Below, in pieces: positions 14,074-25,954 of a stretch of DNA of 64,000 nucleotides. Numbering within the stretch: the stretch's first letter is position 1; each line of letters starts with the position of its first letter. The stretch is taken from assembly GCF_009914755.1 (NCBI RefSeq), contig NC_060926.1, one strand, 5' to 3'. The notes beneath the pieces are model-generated. The model had not been told where the DNA came from, did not search any database, and saw only the letters and a list, made by a program, of their open reading frames with translations. This DNA comes from the human T2T-CHM13v2.0 reference genome, Homo sapiens. The translations under genes and the position numbers were made by a program.

Positions 14074-15260
14074 GTGAGTAATTCAGAGTCATGTATTGCC
14101 ATGATACCTGGTAAGAGTTCTTTACTGTTTTCCTCCATGGTAATGTATATATTCATTCCCTTCTCCACCTTCTCATTGCTTCAGTTGGTCATTCAACAAA
14201 TTGATTCAAGGAGCATTTTCTTCCCCAACATCTATTTTGTACTAGATGGTGGAAGATATGTTTTTCTCTGCAAGATATACACAGGCTAGTGGGAAGACAG
14301 ACATGAAAACTAATAATTTCATTGCAATGTGAGAGTTGTGTAGTATTGGGAGTGCTGAGAAAACAGTGCCTAAGCCCAGCTGGGATGTGCAAGTAGGTTT
14401 TTTGGAAAACACTGCTCAGTTGGATAGTGGGACCATAGGCGAGCTCAGGAATGAGCTTTAATGTTCTTGGAGTGGGATGGGGCTGGGCAGGAGGCCAGTG
14501 ATTGCATCACGAAAGGTCTTAAAAGCTGCACTAAACACTTCAGATTTCATCTTGGAGATATGTAGTTTTCAAACTTTCTTTAGTGATACAAACTTTTTTT
14601 CAATAAAATTATGTTGTAATGAACCTTTCTGTGTAAAACTAGGCAAAGGGCTCAGAGCACCACATCACCACCAGGCTTCCAGGAGACAGGGTGGAGAGGT
14701 TCCCACTGACCCTTAAACTGGTACCTCGGTAGGACCCAGAGAGCTCTGCAGAGCACAGATAGAGAGCTGTGGGCAGAAGGGACTGAGAATCGTTGAACAT
14801 TTTTTATCTAATCAGATTTTCATGGTAGGAAGATCAATCTGGCAAAAGTTCAGAAGAACAAAGTTCAAAGAGACATAAAGCCCAGTTAGAAAGCAATTGT
14901 AGTGTCCTGGCAGGTGATTTTAAGGGTGGGAACTATGATAAAGGAGGTAAAATGTGAGTGCCTGCGGCGTTTTAAAAATAAAACTATTGTTTCTATAATG
15001 CCTTACATTTCTAAAACTGTGATTTTGTAATTCTTTCTCTACCAAAGCTGGGTCGCATGGAAACTTAGTCACCCATTTTCTTTTCGCCCCCTGAATTAAT
15101 TGTGGTGCACCTAACTACCAATTACTAAAATTATAGTACCAAGATTAAAATTATCCACTTATTGGGATAATATCATAATGTTCTCAAAGAAATACATTCT
15201 TTTGTTCTTATATTACTTCATTTCAGTGCCATTAATATATCATGTCTGTCTGTCTTTCAG

Positions 15261-15522
15261 GCCTGATTGGCCATCAGCAAAGCAACTTCTTGGTGACTCT
15301 AACTTTCTAAAAAGGCTTTTAGAATATGATAAGGAGAACATAAAGCCTCAGATATTGGCAAAGCTTCAAAAGTATATTAATAATCCTGATTTTGTGCCTG
15401 AAAAAGTGGAGAAAGTGTCCAAAGCATGTAAATCTATGTGCATGTGGGTAAGAGCTATGGATTTGTACTCTCGAGTGGTCAAGGTCGTCGAACCAAAAAG
15501 ACAAAAGCTCCGCGCCGCACAG
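15261..15522 (+). CDS. DNAH6: Dynein HC exon, MTBD into CC2 ([16 protein letters not shown]...[14 protein letters not shown]...[12 protein letters not shown])
   Basis: tttcag acceptor, CAG|gtacat donor, MTBD motifs. Confidence 0.95.
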
Positions 15523-15972
15523 GTACATTTTCTGTATTGTGATATTTTATAGAATTGAAGGCCATGATCGCCAGTCATTTCAAGTTCTCTGTATAATGTT
15601 ACTGTGGTCCTACGCAATATAGACAGTGACAAAACTCTTGGAAATTAGCTTTTGTTTTAAACAAGAGCTGGCAATTTTTTTTCAGAAATTGCCTCTGAAA
15701 TCAGCCTTCTTTCAGCATAAGAGGAACATGAGTTCCTCAGTATATTCATCTGAAAAAAAAGGAATTAATCTCTTTCTTTAAGGTACTTTTTAGCTCAACC
15801 ATCTGATGGTCTGTATTTCCGTTTGCTAAATACTTCCGTGCTTGATGGTGTCATCTGAGGTTTTAGAACCAGCTTAACCCTGTCATTGGATGTGAGGCCC
15901 TTCATCTTCCCAAGAAGAAAAAAGAATGATCATTTAGTGGAGCAGGTTACTGAAAGAACTGTGGCTATAGAG

Positions 15973-16312
15973 CAGGGGTTGGCAAACTTTTTCCATGAAG
16001 ACCCAGAGAATAAATATTTTATGCATTGCAGGCTATATGGTCTCTGCAGCGAGCACTCAGCTCTGCTGTTGCAGCACAGAAACAGTCATTGACAATACAT
16101 AGATGAATAAGCATGACTATGTTCCAATATAACTTTATTTATTGACTCTGGAGTTCAAATTTCACACAGTTATCACATTTCATGAAATATTATTCTTTTA
16201 AAGATTTTTTTCTAATTATTTAAAAATGTAAAAACCATTCTTAGCTTGCATACTGTACAAAAACAGGCAGCAGGCTAGATTTGACCTGCAGGCCATAGTG
16301 TGCCGACCTCTG
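15973..16312 (+). mobile_element. MER58B-like DNA transposon
   Basis: TIR-like ends CAGGGGTTGGCAAACT...AGTGTGCCGACCTCTG. Confidence 0.8.
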
Positions 16313-16670
16313 ATGTGGAGAACTAGTTAGGAAATATTAGTTTCCACTATGGCATGAATATTTAATTTGTTGCATCATTTAAAATTAATAATCCATTATG
16401 ATACCTAATTCATCCCAAATGCTCAGTACACCTGTTTCTCTATTATGATTTATTTTGTTGGGCTTTATTATTGATTTTGTTTTGTTTCATTTACTTCTGT
16501 TCTTGTATTTTACTCTAATTTATATTTGTTTTAACTTTATGTATCACATCAAAGTCTTTTTGGACATGAAAAGAGGAACATATATAAAATTTTTTTTAGA
16601 TCTGTATTATTAATGGGCAAATTCAGCCTTTTTTTGGCCCTGTTCTTAAACAGTTGCTTGATTTTATTAG

Positions 16671-16794
16671 GCTGAACTTGACATTACCATGGCTACCCTG
16701 AGAGAAAAGCAAGCATTACTAAGACAAGTAGAAGATCAAATACAGGCCTTACAAGATGAATATGACAAAGGTGTAAATGAAAAAGAAAGCCTGG
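16671..16794 (+). CDS. DNAH6: Dynein HC exon, stalk CC2 ([14 protein letters not shown]...EKESL)
   Basis: tattag acceptor, TGG|gtaagt donor, coiled-coil peptide in frame; translated by hand. Confidence 0.92.
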
Positions 16795-17294
16795 GTAAGT
16801 AACTCATAAAATTTACATTGGCCAGGAAATGCCTGATTTTCAGAAGTAGGAAGAAGTTTTTGGCAATCAGGTTTCAGCTTTTATCCAATGTGTAGAATGT
16901 ATTTTCATTAGCCTCCTAGGATCAAATAAGAACTCATGTGTTTTATATATTCAACATCCTGTACCTGAACAAGCCTTACTGGAGCATGTTACGTTAAAAC
17001 ACAAAACAGTATGTGAATTTGATCCAGAAGCTAAATACTACAAGGATACAGAAAGCACTGTCTTCAACCAGAGTAATGGAGTATCAAAAAAGAGTTTTCG
17101 ATAAGGAAAAGGCAAACTTAGACTTGGTTCTGAAATGGGAATTAATGCTGAATTGGTGTAAGGTTTCATAGAGATGTATTGACATCATTAGCTAAATAAT
17201 GCTATTCTGCTATAAAAAGAAACAGGTAAATAAGCTTTTAATACTTTATGAAAATATTTAATAGTATAATCTGATTTTCTTAAAATTTTTCTAG

Positions 17295-17491
17295 CAAAGA
17301 CCATGGCCCTGACAAAAGCACGTCTAGTACGTGCTGGAAAGCTGACAGCAGCATTAGAAGATGAGCAGGTTCGATGGGAAGAAAGCATACAGAAGTTTGA
17401 GGAAGAAATATCAAATATCACTGGGAACGTGTTCATAGCAGCAGCTTGTGTGGCCTACTATGGGGCTTTCACAGCCCAGTACAGGCAGTCA
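17295..17491 (+). CDS. DNAH6: Dynein HC exon ([27 protein letters not shown]...[12 protein letters not shown])
   Basis: ttctag acceptor, TCA|gtgagt donor, conserved end-of-stalk EQVRW and YYGAF. Confidence 0.95.
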
Positions 17492-17914
17492 GTGAGTAAC
17501 CCTGCTTTCTGTAAGGAGGGGTAAGAAGCAGCTGAAACTGGAGCCAGGGGTGGTTCATTTTTCTGAGTTCAGATGGAGGCTCTCCACTGTAGAGGTTCTT
17601 CATGGTGGAATTTCTTTATATATTTCACAGCGCTTCACTCCCCAATAAGCCAGTGATGGTCTACCCCTAGGCTTTCCTTAACACGTTCCTCCCTTTCCTT
17701 CTCCTGTCTTAGAAAGCTATTCATCATTTACACAGCTCAAAAACCTGGGGGAAGGAAAAGAGACAGTGAGTCCCCTACCCTTATGATCACAAGTGGCATG
17801 TAAAGCCAGCCTGGATGAGATGTTCTCAATTGGTGAAACTGCAAGAGGGCCAGTCAAAAGAAAGGAGCAGGCAGGACCAGGAGGAATCTGTGCTTCCTTA
17901 GGCTTTTATCTCTA

Positions 17915-18215
<301 letters not shown>

Positions 18216-18439
18216 GAAGAAAGAAAGAGAGAAAGAGAAAAAGAGAGAAAGGGGGGGGGGAGGGAGGGAGGGAGGAAGGAAGGGAAAGAAAGAAAGAGAA
18301 AGAAAAAGAAAGAAGGAAGGAAGGAGGAAGGAAGGAAAGAAAGAGGGAAGGAAGGAGGAAGGAAGGAAAGAAGGAAGGAAGGAAGGAAAGAGAGGGAGAT
18401 AGAGGAGAGGAAGAAAGAAAGAGAGAAAGAAAGAAAGAG
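18216..18439 (+). repeat. GA-rich polypurine tract (GAAA/GGAA/GGGA units)
   Basis: 224 nt of purines with a single T (18400). Confidence 0.95.
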
Positions 18440-19117
18440 CCTTTCATTTATCAGAGAATAAAAGTTTCATCTACATGCATTTTCCAGGAAATGAAATTAT
18501 TTGAAAGAATTTTAGTCATTTTTTTGAAATGTCTTCCTAAAAATGTTTACCCTTGTCCTTCAGTTATAAAACCTGATATAATACTCTCATATAGACTCTC
18601 CAGGAGCTCTAAGCTCTTAGGGTGCCATGTTTCTCACTGGGGCCAATTGTGCTTTTTGGGGACAGACAGCTCTCTCTTCTGCATGACTGCACCACTCATT
18701 GAAGGAGGTCATATGCCAACATCCCTATCCCTCATCTACTGATTGCTTGTACACCCTCAGTCATTGTGATAACCCGAAACTTCTCCATATGCTTTCAGAC
18801 TCTCCCAACAGGGAAAATACAAACCTGGTTGAAAACCACTGCGACAACCCAGTCATTTACACATGAGACAACTGAGGTCCAAATAGAGGGAATGATGTTT
18901 CCAAAGTCACATCTAACTAATGGTATAGTCAGAGTACCTAGGCCTCCTGATTTTGGTCTACTTCCTGTGTCCCATGCTCTGATGCAAGCACATCTGTGGA
19001 GACTGGGAGGGCTTAGCTCTTCAGCCACTGACTTACCACTGCCCACCACATTTTGCATGTGCCCTCGTTTACTGAGTGTTCCTGACTCTACTCAAGTAAG
19101 CTTTCCCCCTTCTACAG

Positions 19118-19321
19118 CTTATAGAGTGTTGGATCCAGGACTGTCAGTCTCTGGAGATCCCAATCGATCCTTCCTTCAGTCTCATTAACATTCTTGGAGA
19201 TCCCTACGAGATACGGCAGTGGAACACTGATGGGCTGCCCCGTGACTTGATATCAACAGAAAATGGCATTTTGGTTACTCAAGGCAGAAGATGGCCTTTG
19301 ATGATTGATCCCCAAGATCAG
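19118..19321 (+). CDS. DNAH6: Dynein HC exon, AAA5 start (LIECWIQD...[16 protein letters not shown]...[12 protein letters not shown])
   Basis: ctacag acceptor, CAG|gtgtgt donor, AAA5 RWPLMIDPQ motif. Confidence 0.95.
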
Positions 19322-20061
19322 GTGTGTAGCAAATGCTTAAGAGAGTGGCTTTTGGTTCTGCTTAATGTTGAGCTAGCTATTAAAAATTATAAAAGTGGGC
19401 CTCAATGTACTTGGAGATTTAGATTTAACATACATGGAGATTTAGACCTAGAAGAGAGTGTTAAAGTCCTATAGTCCAAGTCCCTCATTTTGTGGATGAG
19501 AAAGTAAGAAAGGAAGAATTGAAGTGCTCCCGTACTTGATTTTGATTGGTTTTGTTTAGGGGAATGACCATTCATTTTTTGTTTTCTGTGAGGGCAGAAA
19601 TCCACAGATCTTCATTCTTCTGTAGTCCTTGTTCCTAAAAGGTCTGAGGAATGAGAGTGAAGTCAGGGTATGATCAAATTTTAGGGCAAGCCTGACTGGA
19701 ATTTACGGTTGACAGCATCCCATTTTCTGACTCCCTAAGTTCATGGATCAGGTTGTACTAAATAGGGTTTGGAAGAGGGAGCCACTGTGGAAGCAAGGGA
19801 GACCAACATGAATACCATAAGCATGAACTCTGTTCCCAGATGACTCTTTCTTTATTTCTTCCACATCTAAACAAAGAGAAGAGTCCCAAACATTGGGCTT
19901 AAAAGATGTCTTTATTGTCGGGGGACAGGGGAGTACAGTTTATATATTTCAAATTTGTTTCTAGATTGAATAACATTTCCACACTTTCTTCTAAAGCTTT
20001 CGCTTTCTAGCCATTTATTATGCTCTGAAGCAAATGTTCTGCTCTGTGCTTTTCCAAACAG

Positions 20062-20187
20062 GCAAACCGTTGGATAAGGAACAAGGAAAGCAAAAGTGGT
20101 TTAAAGATCATTAAGCTTACAGATAGTAATTTCTTACGAATACTCGAGAATTCAATCCGACTTGGTTTACCTGTCTTACTGGAAGAG
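20062..20187 (+). CDS. DNAH6: Dynein HC exon ([19 protein letters not shown]...[15 protein letters not shown])
   Basis: aaacag acceptor, GAG|gtttga donor, in frame. Confidence 0.93.
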
Positions 20188-21294
20188 GTTTGATTTTCAC
20201 TTCCTTTTCTCATGTCAGTTCCCAACTTTCAAATCATATCTGGAATCCTATATAGGCCACATCCCCATCATGCTAAAGACACCAGTCAACTCCATTTTCA
20301 AATTGGTCAAACCAGTTCCTCTTCTCCTTAAACAATACATTATCACATTGCAAGAGGGGTGGGAGGGAGGACCTGTTGACTTTCAGACATTGTTTTAGTG
20401 TTAAGAGGGCTGGCCTCTGTTTCCTGACACTGCTGTTTCACAGGCCTCATTATGGCCCTTGATGGTGAGCTGCGCTGAAAATTCACAACAGTAGTGCAGT
20501 CAGGATTATGTACATACAATAATGATGCGAAGCCAGTAAAATATTCTAGTGGATACAAACATTATTTTTTACTTGGGCATAAGTCAGAATTGGATTAAGT
20601 GAATTAGATAAGAATTAACTTTTGTTAAAAAAAAAAAAAGAAGAAGAGGAAGAAGAAGGGAGGGCAGTGTTGTTTGTTGAGTCTAGGTGCTCCATTTCTT
20701 TGGCTATCATTGCAAGAATGGATGTTATTTAAAATTGTTCCCTCATTCAAACATTATTTGGGAACCAGTGGCAAAAAATATAGATGTGGTTTCTGTTCTC
20801 AATAGCTTACAATTGAGGTGGGGACAGAGACAGTAAACAGAGAAAGAAAGAGAGAAGAAATGAGAGAGGGAGGGGAAGAAACTTGTTATCAGAGGTTTGA
20901 AAGGGTAAAGAGGGGGCTGGGATAGTCACCAATGGATAGGCCACCAAGGCTGGTCTGACTTAGATATGTGGATAAAGGGAGTAATTTAAGCTGTGACCTA
21001 TGTGATGAGCTCAGCCATATGCCAGGCTTAGAGAGAAGGGCTTCCCCAGCAAAGGGAACAGCACAAAGGCCCTGGGCACAAAAGAGATTGGTTAATGATC
21101 ATGGTTTATTTTCCTATAAGTAATAAAAGAACAAGCGAGCCAAAACATGGACTGTGAGTTGAGTCTCAGTTTAACCGTGCCTAGAAGTATCACTGCGTCA
21201 TCAGAAAGAAAGAAAGCTCAAAAAGACCATGGACCAGGGCAGTTTAGCTGCAGCACCTGCATGATGACTAGGAATTGTAATTAATATGTTAGCA

Positions 21295-21460
21295 TTAACT
21301 AATATTTATTGCATGTTCACTCCATGCCAGACTCTGTTCTCAGTATTTTATGTATTTTAACTCATTAATCCTCACTGCCCCATCACAAGATAGTTACTAT
21401 TGTTATTCCATTTTGTCAATGAGGAAACTGAGGCATGGAAGGGTTGCATAAACTATCCAA
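21295..21460 (-). mobile_element. MIR fragment
   Basis: TTAATCCTCAC...CCATTTTGTCAATGAGGAAACTGAGGCA MIR core. Confidence 0.7.
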
Positions 21461-22276
21461 GCAACCTTGCCTGCCTAGGAAATCCACAGGTTACACTATT
21501 CCCCACTCAAGCCACAAAGAGCACAAGGGACCTCAGTGTGACCAAGCTTGGCCTTGACCAACACAAGGGTGATTCTGTAATGGATCCCAGTCACAGGAGA
21601 GAGTGAAGTCTCCAGAAAACTTTGGCACAGGTATTTTAGCTCCAAACTGGACTCCTGAACTCAGGTTTACTTTATGACACGAGAGATCCTGAGGGACTTT
21701 CCTCTTTCATGGCAGCAGACAAAAGGTTTTCTGTGATGTTCTACCTCTGGACAGAAGAGTGTTTTAACTGTAGTAGAGTGCTCTTGGGAGAGGGGGTGGG
21801 CCCTTGTCAGGGCCCCAGCCAGGAACAGGACACTCTGACCAGTCCTCCCCAACTCTCTGTGTCTTGGGGTCATCAGCATTATACACCTAGCTGCTTTCTA
21901 CATTTGCTAGGGTGGTGTATTCAAACTTTGTCTCCACCCATTCATGAGTATGAAATCAGTTTAGACCATCTCAATCAACATTTTCAAATGAAATAAAATT
22001 TTTTAAACTCAAAATTATATTGAATAAAGGTAAATTTTATCTCATAAACTTTTGTTTGAAGAATTTACATGTGTGGGTACCATGTCACAATGTGGAACAG
22101 ATTTGTTAAAATGGATGACAGTCAAATTTTGAAAGCCCCTGGGCCATGGGACCCCCATCACATACGTCCTGACATAAAGATGTTTCTGATGGGATCCCTG
22201 GGCAATGTCTCCATGCCCACGTTCCTACCAACAGTCAGATTTGCTTTGAGGAAAAAGGCATAACTATCATGTAGAA

Positions 22277-22508
22277 TAGGGGTTCATAGACTTTTTCTGT
22301 AGAGAGCCAGGGAGTAAATGTTTCAGTTTTTGCAGGCCTCATGCAGTCTCTGTGCATATTCTTCCTTGTTTTGTTTTGGTTTAGTGTTTTTTGTTTGTAT
22401 GTTTTTACAACCCTTAAAAAGGTAAAAGCCATTCGTAGTTCAAGAGTCATAGAAAAATGGCTACATGGGGCCAGATTTGGCCTATAGGCTGTCATTTGCC
22501 AATCCCTG
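22277..22508 (+). mobile_element. MER58-family DNA transposon (short variant)
   Basis: AGGGGTT...TTTTCTGTAGAGAGCCAG and GGCCAGATTTGGCC...TTTGCCAATCCCTG. Confidence 0.65.
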
Positions 22509-22869
22509 GTTTTAAACAACCATGAAAATGAACAGATCTTCATTTGTGTGGAGCCTGTTGAAGTCCAACCCACAATGACTTAATCTACCCAGTTTCTCTC
22601 TTCTTCTCATGGAAATGAATAGTGTGTAAGATTGATCTAAATAGATATATTGCCTTCAGATGCTCTTATTTCCTTAGACTGCTAATAAAATGCTTACTGG
22701 AAAATAGGTACTGTTAGAGGTAGTGTGAGGATGTTAATAAATATCCATCAGATCACTGGAAAATTATTCATTCACAGTACATTTTGAGGCCTAAGGAATT
22801 TTGTGAAGTTCATGCTATCCATTTTAATTGCTTCTTTTTGTATTGTCCTGTTTTGTTTTAATTTCTAAG

Positions 22870-23034
22870 CTTAAGGAAACCTTGGATCCAGCTCTAGAAC
22901 CCATTCTTTTGAAACAAATTTTTATCAGTGGTGGCCGACTACTCATCCGTCTTGGAGACTCAGACATTGATTATGACAAAAACTTTAGGTTCTATATGAC
23001 AACCAAAATGCCAAATCCCCACTATCTGCCTGAG
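22870..23034 (+). CDS. DNAH6: Dynein HC exon ([16 protein letters not shown]...[17 protein letters not shown])
   Basis: ttctaag acceptor, GAG|gtatga donor, conserved LDPALEP and TTKMPNPHY. Confidence 0.94.
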
Positions 23035-24211
23035 GTATGAACTACTGGTCTGGAATTCTCAACTTAACTGGATTATCATGGTGTAATGAATCTCTGAAGT
23101 TTGATGGGCTCCCACCCGGAGGGAAAGTGCTCCCCCATTCTCCCCTGTCTCCTATACACTCCCCTTTCTTCCACCATCTTCCATTCTTGCTTCCCTTCTG
23201 AGCTTTGATTCTGATTCCAATCACCCTTGTCATCACCATCTAGTTAGGTTGCAAGCCCCTACCCACTGGGGCCCAGGCCGATGCTCTGTCTCGCTCCACT
23301 GTGCACCTCTCCAGTGCCCTCGCCATCTCCCTCCTGGTCCACAGCCACTCCTCCTAAACATAGGGCATCCCCCTTTTAAACTCTCTCTTTCCTCCATCAG
23401 CAAAGACTATTTTTGTCCCTGTTATTATGACTAGTAAATGAATCAGAGCTTAGTTGAGAGTCCATGGGGCTGGGGTTGGGGGGAGGAGGAGATGTCATTA
23501 CTTAAATGTGCAAATGCCCACAGCATATGTGCCCAAATAAAGAGGTCACCCATTTGAAAACTCTAGGAACAAGACAACACTAGAGAATCATGATCTAGAG
23601 GTCCAGTGTCTACACTTAGAGTTATGGGTGGTGGGGGTATCTTGTCCCCTTCTCATGCTCTTAGATTCTTTGAGTGGAGCTGTGTGAGCTCCACTCCATA
23701 CATATGTCCCTGAGACTCAGAAGACTCTAGAAGAACCCCTACTCTAGTACTACAGTGTCCAAGGTAGTTGCAACAGAAATGAAGACAGCTGGGACTCCAT
23801 TGCCCCTCCCACCAAGCTCCCACGGGAGTCTCCCTGGCCACAATCCCCCTCACATGCCCAGGTGCTGCCCCAGCTCCAGGCATGTCTGTGCACTCTGCAG
23901 GCTCTTACCTAGGAAAGGAACTTGACCTCAAGAACTTTACTTCTTCACCACCACAACCCTCCCAATATCCTTAAATATACCATTCCAAAGAGCGTCACTT
24001 TCATTTTAGCTGTTGAATTGCTCATAGCTATCTGTCTTCACCAGATGTGTTCAGGTTGAATGAAATTGACACACTTCTTGAATAAGATGGGGAAATATCA
24101 TTGAAAGTTTAAGTTAGGATTTTCCTTGTCAGCCTCGAGGAGTTTAATTACACAGCCACTGCCAGGGCTCATGTCCCAAGTCCCATTTCAGAGTTTAGAA
24201 AAGTGACCAAC

Positions 24212-24446
24212 ATTACCAGAGGCTGGGAAGGAGAATGGAGGGGAGCAGGAAGGTAGGGATAGTTAATGGGGACAAAAATATAGTTAGATAGACTAAATAA
24301 GATTTAGTATATAATAGTGCAACAGGGCGACTACAGTCAACAATAATGTATTGTACATTTAAAAATAACTAAAACAGCATAATCAGAATGTTTTTTACTC
24401 AAAGACATGATAAATGCTTGAGGTGATGGATACCACCTCCAAAAAA
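24212..24446 (+). mobile_element. L1MA 3' UTR fragment
   Basis: TTACCAGAGGCTGGGAAGG...TACAGTCAACAATAAT...ATAAATGCTTGAGGTGATGGATACC. Confidence 0.75.
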
Positions 24447-24608
24447 GAAGTGTGACCAACGTGCCAACTTTCACTCTTTGATTTCTCACTTATTTAACTT
24501 TTGAGAGGGTGTATTGCCCACAAGACCCAAGCCTAGCTCTGTAACAGGGGGCAAATTATCCCATTTCCAGGAACCTCACGTCAATCATCTCTAAAAAGAG
24601 ATCAATCC

Positions 24609-24687
24609 TACTTCAAGGATTTTGTAATATGGTAAATATTACAAAATTACAATATGTAATTTACCATATTACAAAATCCTTGAAGTA
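24609..24687. repeat. Perfect inverted repeat, 29-bp arms, 21-nt spacer
   Basis: TACTTCAAGGATTTTGTAATATGGTAAAT (24609-24637) and ATTTACCATATTACAAAATCCTTGAAGTA (24659-24687). Confidence 0.97.
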
Positions 24688-25334
24688 CGATGCCATATGT
24701 TCATTCACACACTCTTGTTATACTTACTGGTTTTTGCTATTGACTTATCGAGTGATGTCAGAATATATTATAGTAATAATTTCTCATTAAAATGTTATTA
24801 GACAAAACATATAAAACTTTATTTGTTTATCAATAATAGCTTCTTTCAAGCAAAGACACACTGTATCATAAGTAACTAAGTGATTTTATTACCTCATTTG
24901 GTTCTCACGGCTACCCTATGAGTTTTTACTATAATTATCCAAATTTTTAAATACCGGAAACTAAAGCTCAGCACAGATGAGTGGCTCATCCAAGATGACA
25001 CAGTCACTAAAGGGTGCAGCTCAAATCTGAACCCAAGCTATCAATTCCAAAATACTGCTTTTAATCGTTCGCTGGCTCACCTTTCCATTAAACACAATGT
25101 AGGATTCTGTAACTGTGGTGTTTGAGGAACAAGATTGTTACTCATACTGGCAGGGAAAAACATATGAGGATTTTATAAGCCACAGTACACCTAAAGTATG
25201 TGTGGGGGTAGGTGTGTGTGCAATTAGACCTGAGATACATCCGCCTGGGTAGTAATGAGCTGTGTTCTAATAAAGAAAGGTATTTTATTAGTTTGCACTT
25301 AAGCATTTTTATGCACTCTGTGCTTCTCTTCCAG

Positions 25335-25402
25335 GTATGCATTAAAGTTACCATTATCAATTTCACTGTAACAAAATCAGGCCTGGAGGATCAGTTGTTA
25401 AG
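25335..25402 (+). CDS. DNAH6: Dynein HC exon (VCIKVTIINFTVTKSGLEDQLL)
   Basis: ttccag acceptor, AAG|gtaaaa donor, conserved INFTVT...GLEDQLL. Confidence 0.94.
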
Positions 25403-25848
25403 GTAAAAAAACAGGGAGTTGAGGGGAGGGAAGGGGGTATTGTGGGTTTCCTAAATATTTTGTTTAGAAATATTGACAAAGACAATGTTCTGCTGTGTAA
25501 GAGCACTACACATGAACCCTTAATCAAAAAAAAATACAAGTAAGTGGCCAAGTTCTTTACCATTTCCATAGCTGTTCAGAGCAGCTGATCTTGTCTACCG
25601 TCTTCTCAAGGACGTCAAGGATAGACCCTTAATTCCCCACCCCCACTGTTTGAACCAGGCTGGCAGCCCAGCCCTGCCTCTTCCCTTCACTATGATTTCC
25701 ATCCTGAGCAAGTGAACGAAGTCAGTCTTTCTGTTGTTCCTAGAAATGCACTGGTCCATACCTGTGAAAAAACAGCTTCTCCAAATATATTTGTTCCAGC
25801 TTCACTGGTTTTTAGGTGTTTTCTTAGTGTATTTAACTGTCCACTTCA

Positions 25849-25954
25849 AATATATGTGTGTGTATATATATGTATATATGTGTGTATATATATACACATA
25901 TATACATATATACCCATATATATACATATATATGGGTATATATATATATGTATG
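25849..25954. repeat. (TA/TG/CA)n low-complexity repeat
   Basis: Read directly. Confidence 0.9.
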
